DNA of 63,642 bases, filler included. It is 7 parts of 7 records of this genome, joined end to end, with 100 filler letters (N's around TTAATTAATTAA, not from the genome) between each part and the next. Parts side by side here need not be neighbours in the genome. Positions count along the whole stretch, not along the records: positions 26,743 to 32,113 come from DRR723986_22830; positions 32,214 to 46,329 come from DRR723986_22845; 5 more parts are not named here. One strand, given 5' to 3'. The position numbers and the translations under genes are program-made. Below, piece by piece: positions 30,619 through 38,779 of the stretch. The notes below the pieces were generated by a model, which searched no databases, was not told where the DNA came from, and worked only from the letters and a program-made list of their open reading frames with translations. How positions within the stretch are numbered: the stretch's first letter is position 1; every line of letters begins with the position of its first letter.

Positions 30619-31632
30619 CTAGGCAGATTTAAGTATGTTTACGAGAAAAGTGATGGCGTCATCGTTGTATATGACTGGCGTTACACCGGGCACCTTGCCA
30701 GTTTTTTTATACTCATCTTCTTGAGCTAAGTTTCGAAAGTTGTACTTTGAGTAACGCTCGTCGCCTTTCAGGCCATTTTCGCTTATTTGACTCCAGAGTT
30801 CGTTTTGCTTTGTATTTGGAACTTTTTCTTTTACCCGTTTCCAAACTTCCATCGCACTATACGGATATTTTCCGAACACATTCTCTTCGACGGTTCTTTC
30901 AACTTCAACTGCGTCCACGGACACCACATCTCCGATTAGCTTTAGAGTTTTAGCGCCATCCTTCTCGACGAACTTACCCTCCTTAATGAACTGTAACTGT
31001 TTGGCGAGTTTTTGATCAATCACAAGAGTCCCTGATTGTTTTTTTAGTAATGTTTCTTCTGTGCTAATTACCATGGACTTTTGAGGGCCATTGACTCCGA
31101 TTGACTGCACATGATCTATCCATGCCTTGTTGTTTTGATCAATTCGATCCTTGATAATCGCTTGTAGTTCTGCAGACAAGATTCTCTGTGTTCTGCCACC
31201 ATATCGATAGTATATATCTCCATTTCGGATAATTTGATCTTTCCCTTCATCAGTCAAAGCAATCACTGGCTTTGTAACGGCCTCATGAATCTTGAACGCA
31301 GCAAAGTGCTTGTCGTTAACGACAGTAGACACTGCCTCCCAGATAATTTCGGATGAGAAAATTCCCCCAAGGAACCCTGTGATCTTTTCCGGATCAACTT
31401 TCTCGAAAGCTTCAATAGATTTTATTGAAAGACCGGAGAGAGTGCGGGGATTGTCCGTGACACCAAAAACAAGGAAACCGCCCTTATTGTTTGCAAAAGC
31501 CGCGAAATCACGGAAGTAGTCAGCCAAGCCAGCGAGATTAAATTGTTCTTTGAACTCAAGCGTTCGTCCCTCTCGATGGAAAAGTTTCCCATCCTTCAAG
31601 CGTAGAAGTTCTAGTAAATCTTCTTCAATCAA
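30619..31632 (-). CDS. Schlafen AlbA_2-domain protein, AT-rich
   Basis: EGRTLEFKE...FAAFANNKGGFLVFGVTD...YYRYGGRT; clearly lower GC than neighbours; TTG start. Confidence 0.85.
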   Translation of the reverse strand: MIEEDLLELLRLKDGKLFHREGRTLEFKEQFNLAGLADYFRDFAAFANNKGGFLVFGVTDNPRTLSGLSIKSIEAFEKVDPEKITGFLGGIFSSEIIWEAVSTVVNDKHFAAFKIHEAVTKPVIALTDEGKDQIIRNGDIYYRYGGRTQRILSAELQAIIKDRIDQNNKAWIDHVQSIGVNGPQKSMVISTEETLLKKQSGTLVIDQKLAKQLQFIKEGKFVEKDGAKTLKLIGDVVSVDAVEVERTVEENVFGKYPYSAMEVWKRVKEKVPNTKQNELWSQISENGLKGDERYSKYNFRNLAQEDEYKKTGKVPGVTPVIYNDDAITFLVNILKSA

Positions 31633-31659
31633 ACCGCTTACCCTTAACTCAATTGTGCC

Positions 31660-32113
31660 TCACACATCCAACTCCTCCACAAACCTAGCATTCTCCTGGA
31701 TATACTGGAAGCGCAGTTCCGGTTTCTTGCCCATCAGCCGTTCCACGAGGTCTCCGGTCTCGCCCGGCACTTCGTCGTCGATGCTGACGCGGATCAGTTT
31801 CCGCTGTTCGGGGTCCATCGTGGTTTCTTTCAAATCCTTGGCGTCCATCTCGCCCAGACCCTTGAAGCGGCTGACGTCGATCTTGCCCTTGCCGCCAAGC
31901 CCCTTGGCCTGCCATTCGTCGCGCTCCGCCTCATCGAGGCAATAGACGCGGCGGGAGCCTTGAGTGAGGCGATAGAGCGGCGGGCAGGCGAGGTACAGAT
32001 GGCCCGCGTCGATCATCGGGCGCATCTGGGTGAAGAAGAACGTCATCAGCAGCGAAGCGATATGGGCGCCGTCCACATCCGCGTCGGTCATGATGATGAT
32101 CTTGTCATAGCGC
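31660..32113 (-). CDS. parE: DNA topoisomerase IV subunit B, C-terminal part
   Basis: IIMTDADVDGAHI, PPLYR, RFKGLGEM, TTMDP, LMGKKPELRFQYIQENA; lacks the long GyrB insertion. Confidence 0.85.
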
Positions 32114-32213
32114 NNNNNNNNNNNNNNNNNNNNNNNNNNNNNNNNNNNNNNNNNNNNTTAATTAATTAANNNNNNNNNNNNNNNNNNNNNNNNNNNNNNN
32201 NNNNNNNNNNNNN
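32114..32213. other. Artificial contig spacer
   Basis: N44-TTAATTAATTAA-N44. Confidence 0.99.
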
Positions 32214-32861
32214 AATCCATATTCAGCGGATATAAGGTCTCGGCCCCGTGATTTGCCCTAAGTCTTTGGTTTTTAAGGAACTGGCGGTTTCAAAATGTAG
32301 ACCAAATGTATGAAAATTGAAGCTAAAACTCAACATAATTGGGTGAATTTATTGAATGTGCGCTGGGTTTAGCGCCTCTAAAAATTTACACAACAAGGAC
32401 TTAGAGACTTTGTGCCGGCAAACGCGAATCCATTGCCGGCCGGGACAGGTTACTACTTGGCGCGGCGCTGCGGCCCTCTAGTTATTCCCTTCTTTCCAAT
32501 GTAGCAAAAATCACCGTGTGGAATGAAATCTTTGTGAATGAAGGCCTGAAATTCTTCTGCGCAATAAGGGCTACGCGGCCGCTGCGGACGGCACTTAACA
32601 ATTTGCGGCGGCTGAACTCAACTGCAAAAATACTGGATTCTGTTTAACTCAGAGTCTTCTGGTTCAACAACTAACAAGAAACTCATACAAGCTATGCGCC
32701 GAAGTATGAGGTGGCATAAAGCGCTCATTTTGTCCAAGCCGAATTGCCCGCATTCCCCCGCCACAGTCAAAACAACAATTTTAAGCGTGTTTAAGCGTTA
32801 AAAACTGAGATGCTGAAATAAACAGTCGCTGGTTTACTGCTGCACAATCCGACAGAATCGC

Positions 32862-34397
32862 ATGGCTATGCAAATTACACAAGTTTTGCGCCAAACCGCT
32901 CTCCTGCTGGGACCACGGCGAATTCTATGGCTGGGTCTGCTGCTGAGCCTGCTGACACTCTCGCCCGTCGTGACCGCGCAGGAGCCGCAGAAGACGACGG
33001 ACGTGCCGACGCTGAACCAACAGATCATAGAAGATCTGTTACACGACGATTTTTTGGGTCTGTACATGGCCGGTAAAAAAACAGGCTGGGCGCGGCATAG
33101 CCTCAAACGCGTTAAGCATGCGCAAAGTGATACAAGCGAAAAATTGGACGTGTGGCGTCTGCGCTTTTACACTGCGTTTACACAAAACCTAAATAGCGAA
33201 ATGTATTTCGATTTTCGCGCCCTGCCGCCTTTTGATGTGCTTTATATGCGCGAGACTACGACAATCGGTTCAAACCGCACGATCGTCGAACTTAAACAAA
33301 CGGCTGGCAAATCATACGTCCGGAGTAACTCGACGCTGGACACCAACACCAAAATCTTGCCTGCAATTGATTATACTTTACAAGACTATCTGGCTGATCG
33401 CCGCTGGATCCGCGCCGGAGCCAGCGTAGGCCAGGAAATGCGCGGCAGACACTACGATCTGGCCAAACTGAAACTGATGTATTCAACGGCAACCGTACGT
33501 GCCATTGACTCAACATTTGTTAACGGCGTGGCCCTGCCGATTTATACAATCGAATATTACGAGCCCGAAGAAGATCAGACCACAACTTCGCGTTACGACC
33601 ACATGGGTAATTCGATTAACAGTGACTATGGCGACCTGATGACTGTGCGTGTTGAGCCTGCGGACATCGCCAAAAATATCGATCAAAATGTTGATCTGTT
33701 TGCCGACGGCACCGTTCCAATTGACAAGCCCTTGGGCGACCCAACGACTTTGATGGAAGTTGAATTGCTGATGCGTGGCGAGATTCTGCCACAGTTACCC
33801 CAGAGCGCCGACCAGAAGATATCCAAGACGGAAGCCGGTTTGTTAATTAACATCGGCACGGGACTTGGCAGCCCACAACCCGCCGGCGAGACCGAAGTCA
33901 GCAAGTATTTAAAACCAAGCATCGAGATTCCCGGTGATCACCCCAGATTCCGTAAAATGGCTGCAGACATCACAGACGGTATGCTCACACAGCAGGCCAA
34001 AGTTGCGGCGATTCTGCAATTTACTCACGAATTCATTGAAGGCAGTTACACCGCACAGCCGCTGACCATCTGGGACATCCTCCAGGAACGGAGCGGCGAC
34101 TGCACCGAATATTCGCTCCTGTTTAATACCCTGGCGCGCGCCGCCGGAATCCCCAGCCGCAGAGTTCACGGACTAATGTACATGGGTGATAATCACAAGA
34201 CCTTTGGCCTGCATGCCTGGAACGAAGTTGTGCTCGACGGACATTGGCAGGCAGTAGATGCAGCCTGGAATGAAGCGACACTCAGCCCGCAGCGCATTCG
34301 TTTTAACTCCGAAGGTGACGCCTATGCACGCGACTATGCCGCGCTGTTTAATGGTTTGGAACTGGAACTGCGTCGCACGGAAACGCGTAAACAGTGA
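32862..34397 (+). CDS. Exported transglutaminase-like (Cys-His-Asp) protein
   Basis: Signal peptide; GDCTEYS, RAAGIPSR, HAWNEV, VDAAW. Confidence 0.85.
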   Translation: MAMQITQVLRQTALLLGPRRILWLGLLLSLLTLSPVVTAQEPQKTTDVPTLNQQIIEDLLHDDFLGLYMAGKKTGWARHSLKRVKHAQSDTSEKLDVWRLRFYTAFTQNLNSEMYFDFRALPPFDVLYMRETTTIGSNRTIVELKQTAGKSYVRSNSTLDTNTKILPAIDYTLQDYLADRRWIRAGASVGQEMRGRHYDLAKLKLMYSTATVRAIDSTFVNGVALPIYTIEYYEPEEDQTTTSRYDHMGNSINSDYGDLMTVRVEPADIAKNIDQNVDLFADGTVPIDKPLGDPTTLMEVELLMRGEILPQLPQSADQKISKTEAGLLINIGTGLGSPQPAGETEVSKYLKPSIEIPGDHPRFRKMAADITDGMLTQQAKVAAILQFTHEFIEGSYTAQPLTIWDILQERSGDCTEYSLLFNTLARAAGIPSRRVHGLMYMGDNHKTFGLHAWNEVVLDGHWQAVDAAWNEATLSPQRIRFNSEGDAYARDYAALFNGLELELRRTETRKQ

Positions 34398-34612
34398 AGC
34401 CGAACTATTCTCCGGGCTTCCAGATGCAAGCCCAATTGGTTTAAGATAAGCTCTACTCTTTCTGCGGCTCACGGCAGCAATCTGGCTTTTGATGCAGCCT
34501 AAGGCGCGCTTCGGCGGCTTTGTTTTGCCGATTGGCACACACAAGACCTAAATTGCGACATTATAATGCTCTATGTTTCCGCTGTGATCGACGGACATTC
34601 TCAGGACAGGAC

Positions 34613-37069
34613 ATGATGAACTTTCAATCTGCCGCCAATCTTCGGCGCGCTGTACAGCTCAACTCCAGGCTCTTTAACTCTTTGTGTATTCTGCTGTTGC
34701 TTACAGCACTTAGCGCCGCTGAGCTGCAGGCACAGAGTAGTGTTATCCGCGGAACAGTCAAAGATGCACTCAGCAATGCCGCCGTGATTGGCGCGACCAT
34801 TCGCATTGACGGCAGTGAACGCGGTACAATCGCGAACGGCAAAGGCGAATTCACGATTAACAATCTGGCACCGGGACTCTACAACCTCACAGTCACATCG
34901 CTGGGATACGAGCCGCGCAAAGTCTTTGAGATTGAAGTCACCAATGCCCGCCCCGCAGTCGTAGAGATTGAACTCAAACCCGCAGCCGTAGAGCTCGAAG
35001 GCGTTGAAGTCGGTGGCTCACGCTTCAGCAACAAGATTGAAGAAAGTCCCCTCTCGCTGCGCTCGCTCGGTACCGCCGAGATAAAACGCAGCCCGGGTGC
35101 CAATCGCGACATCTCACGTGTGATTCAAACGCTGCCGGGCGCTGCCTCAACCGTCGGTTTCCGCAATGATGTGATCATCCGCGGCGGCGCGCCCAATGAA
35201 AATCGATTTTTCCTGGACGGCATTGAAGTCCCGACGATAAACCACTTTGCAACACAAGGTGGCTCGGGCGGACCTGTCGGCCTCCTAAATGTAGACTTGA
35301 TTTCGAATGTCGATTATTATGCAGGCGCCTTCCCCGCCGGACGTGGCAACGCCCTCTCCTCCGTCTTTGAGTTCCGCCAGAAACAGGCGCGCACGGACCA
35401 GTACACCGCCAACGCCGTTGTTGGCGCCAGTGACCTGGGCCTGACGCTCGAGGGTCCGCTCGGCGAAAATACGAGCATGATCGTCTCGGGACGGCGCTCC
35501 TACCTGCAGTTCATTGCCGATCTGGTCGGCCTGCCCTTCCTGCCGACCTACAACGATGCGCAGCTTAAACTGACGCATAACTTTGGCAATGGCGACCGGC
35601 TCAACATCATTGGCCTGGGCGCGATTGATGACTTTGAACTTAACTTTGACGCCGACGACACGGAGACCAAACGTTATCTGCTCAACTTCCTGCCGATCCA
35701 GACGCAGTGGAACTACACGCTCGGTGCGCGTTACGATCATTTTCACACGGACGGTTTCCTGACCTTCGTGGCCTCACGCAGTGAGTTTAACAACGACATT
35801 ATCAAGTATCAGAATAACGACGAGAGCGATCCGGCCAACCTGAACCTCAATTTTAACTCGCGCGAGATTGACAATAAATTGCGCGTGGAAGATTTCCGCC
35901 AGCTCGACAACTTTTCGCTGTCCTACGGTGTTAACCTGGACCAGAACATCTATTCGACCGAGACATTTAATCGTTTTGCAACTCCCGCCGGCGTCCTGAT
36001 TCGCGACTTTGACAGTGAACTGACAACGCTGCGCTGGGGCGCATTTGCACAGGCGTCGACGCGCGTCATGGATGAGCGTTTACTGCTCTCGGTGGGCCTA
36101 CGCGCCGATGCTTCCAACTTTTCTGAGGAAACGTCCAACCCGCTCGATCAGATTTCGCCACGTGCTTCGGCCGCCTATTTCCTGACGGAGTCATTCAGTG
36201 TAAACGCCAATGCGGGCATATATTATCAAATGCCGGCCAATACGGTTTTGGGCTATCGCGATAGTGAGACCAATGAACTTGTTAACAAAAACAATGGCAT
36301 TAAGTGGATCCGCGCCACACATCTGGTGGCCGGCGTTGAGCAAACCGTGTTTGACGGCAACGGAACCCTGACCGTTGAAGGTTTTTACAAAAAGTATGAC
36401 AACTACCCGTTTGTGCTCGACCAGCAGGTTTCGCTCGCCAATCTGGGTGGTGACTTTGGAGTGGTTGGTAATGAGCCGGCCACGCCGACTTCGGAAGGCC
36501 GCAGTTTTGGAGCCGAATTCCTGGGGCAGCTGCGTGCTACCGACGGCTTTTATGGCATCCTGACCTACACCTTTATGCAAAGCGAATTCACGGATGCGGC
36601 GGGCAACTTCCAGCCTTCAGCCTGGGATTTCCGCCATATCATCAGTTTAACCGGTGGCAAGGCGTTTGACAATGGCTGGGAAATTGGTGGCCGTTTTACC
36701 TTTTACAGCGGCGCGCCCTTCACGCCATTTGACGTGGGGGCTTCCCTGCAGCGCGCTAACTGGGATGCACGCGGCGCGGGGCTGGAAGACTTCACACAGG
36801 CCAACAGCTTAACAACCGATGCCTACCATCAACTTGATTTGCGCATCGACCGCAAGTTTTTCTTTGAGACCTGGAGTCTGATTCTGTTCCTGGACCTGCA
36901 GAACGTCTACGGATTTGAAACCGTGCAGCGCGACTTCCTGGACGTGCAGCGCGATGCCGACGGAAATGCAATCGTAGACCCACTAAACCCTGACAGCTAC
37001 CTGCCCCTGTTTATCGAAAATACAAGCGGCCAACTCCTGCCGACGATCGGATTTATTATCGAACTCTAA
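34613..37069 (+). CDS. TonB-dependent receptor with N-terminal carboxypeptidase-regulatory-like domain
   Basis: IRGTVKDA...GATI; plug IIRGGAPNENRFFLDGIEVP; barrel motifs ISPRASAAY and LDLRIDRKF. Confidence 0.92.
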   Translation: MMNFQSAANLRRAVQLNSRLFNSLCILLLLTALSAAELQAQSSVIRGTVKDALSNAAVIGATIRIDGSERGTIANGKGEFTINNLAPGLYNLTVTSLGYEPRKVFEIEVTNARPAVVEIELKPAAVELEGVEVGGSRFSNKIEESPLSLRSLGTAEIKRSPGANRDISRVIQTLPGAASTVGFRNDVIIRGGAPNENRFFLDGIEVPTINHFATQGGSGGPVGLLNVDLISNVDYYAGAFPAGRGNALSSVFEFRQKQARTDQYTANAVVGASDLGLTLEGPLGENTSMIVSGRRSYLQFIADLVGLPFLPTYNDAQLKLTHNFGNGDRLNIIGLGAIDDFELNFDADDTETKRYLLNFLPIQTQWNYTLGARYDHFHTDGFLTFVASRSEFNNDIIKYQNNDESDPANLNLNFNSREIDNKLRVEDFRQLDNFSLSYGVNLDQNIYSTETFNRFATPAGVLIRDFDSELTTLRWGAFAQASTRVMDERLLLSVGLRADASNFSEETSNPLDQISPRASAAYFLTESFSVNANAGIYYQMPANTVLGYRDSETNELVNKNNGIKWIRATHLVAGVEQTVFDGNGTLTVEGFYKKYDNYPFVLDQQVSLANLGGDFGVVGNEPATPTSEGRSFGAEFLGQLRATDGFYGILTYTFMQSEFTDAAGNFQPSAWDFRHIISLTGGKAFDNGWEIGGRFTFYSGAPFTPFDVGASLQRANWDARGAGLEDFTQANSLTTDAYHQLDLRIDRKFFFETWSLILFLDLQNVYGFETVQRDFLDVQRDADGNAIVDPLNPDSYLPLFIENTSGQLLPTIGFIIEL

Positions 37070-37404
37070 TCTGCCCTTGGCCCAACTTTAAAATAACAGA
37101 AGCGCGAACTATAATAGTTTGCGCTTCTGCTGTTTTAAAGCTAGTCGGTCTGAGTGGCTGTTGCTGACAAATCCAGTCCAGAAGTTGGGCAATCACTCCC
37201 GGACCGGATTTGTTAAGCATCGAGGGTGCGATTTGGGGATGTCCTGGGGGATGTCTTGGGTAAAATCTCGGAGTAAACCTTGCAGATGTACTTCCTTCAT
37301 TTTTTTGGCGACCTGAGACTCATTATTCTGGAGTATCACGTCCTTTGGGCAGCAGCCGGTTAATCCTAACCCTGGCCCCCAGTCCTGGCCTTCAATCTTG
37401 ACCC

Positions 37405-37971
37405 TCAGTCTTGAGTTTGTGTACTAACGTCAAACTTGCCGGACACCATAATTTCCACTTCCATATCGCTTTGTTTCCACAACCTGCCGTAAAATTCTCC
37501 GCGAATCTCGTCACCAACCTCCAGGAGTTTGGTCCAGCCGTCAATGAAATAATACATCTCATTGTTAATCAGCATCGACGAATAACATCCCAAACTCGGA
37601 TATTGCTCATCTCTACAGATTAAGTCCTCACCGTGATCCACGTGGCTCCATTCAATCAGCCCCGCTTTAAGTGGCCCTTCCGAGTTGCTGCAGCCAAAAT
37701 TCAGGCCGGCACGCACATCTTCAGTACTGGATTCCAATCCGATCATAAACGCAGATGGAGCATCGGGCGCCAGCGTCTTATTTGTAATCGTACAGATGCA
37801 GTCGAGTTCCAGGTTGTCAAACCCGTCACCGTTTATCACCAGGCCATTTGTGCCCGCATAACTTGGGCCGCTAAACGTGATTTGCGAATCAATGGTCGGT
37901 GCTGCGTCATCACAAGCAGTCACCAGCAGCAGCATGCTAAGCGCCAGTATGGACGCGTATTTTGCAAACAT
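37405..37971 (-). CDS. Hypothetical lipoprotein
   Basis: Lipobox LLVTAC-DD; 188-aa ORF; AGGA RBS. Confidence 0.65.
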   Translation of the reverse strand: MFAKYASILALSMLLLVTACDDAAPTIDSQITFSGPSYAGTNGLVINGDGFDNLELDCICTITNKTLAPDAPSAFMIGLESSTEDVRAGLNFGCSNSEGPLKAGLIEWSHVDHGEDLICRDEQYPSLGCYSSMLINNEMYYFIDGWTKLLEVGDEIRGEFYGRLWKQSDMEVEIMVSGKFDVSTQTQD

Positions 37972-38779
37972 TTGTATTCCTGATTTAGAGCGTTGAATTC
38001 GGCCATTCTCAGCGAGGGGGACAAACTGCGAAATGGCACGCGTACGTGGGGGCTACCGTGAACTTACAACAATAAATTCAGCAATGCAATGTTACGGCAC
38101 TTTTTCACCACTTTTTTGCCCTATCGGTTCCGCACACACTTTGAACGGCCCCCTTGCAGGCTTCGCCATTCATTCGCATGCGCTCTGTCCGGCTTGCTTT
38201 TTGAGGATAATGTTTTGCACTGAATCACAAACTGGAATTCGTTGAGCCTGTCAACAAGTCTCCGGGAATTTTAACTCAAAGACTGTCGCACAGACTTTGA
38301 GTCTTGTGGTTGGCAACTCAACGAAAAACAAAACAATCAAAAAGCGAGCGCAAGGAAGCGCGCTGCAATCTGGAGCCGAAGAAATCATGAACAGTACCAC
38401 GATTTGTGGCAATGTCCAGGCTGGAAAGCGGGTCTCATCACCTTATGAAATTTTCCCTGTAACTTTATGTACTTTTAAAGGTTACTGTATTAACTTACGG
38501 TCTTCGAACCAATTCAGCTGTACGCCATTTAGCCGTGTGCCCAAGTACCGCGTCGATTGTTAAACTGTTAATACCGCACAATGTGATCAAAATGCTGCGA
38601 TCACACATGTAGCGGCTGGCTGGGCCTTGCCTTGCAGGGAAATCCAGACTCATTAACACTGCCACAGATACAATCGATCGGGATAAACATGTCCAGTCAT
38701 GCAAGAACTGAGGCAAAAGCATCCCACCAACTAATTCATCTTTATACTATTTAACATCTAATAGTTTAAGCGGTAATTT

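Noticed and set aside
37972..38779. Riboswitch or ncRNA in the 800-bp gap upstream of GH38
   Set aside because: Only fragmentary resemblance to c-di-GMP-I motifs; cannot be supported without an Rfam/Infernal scan
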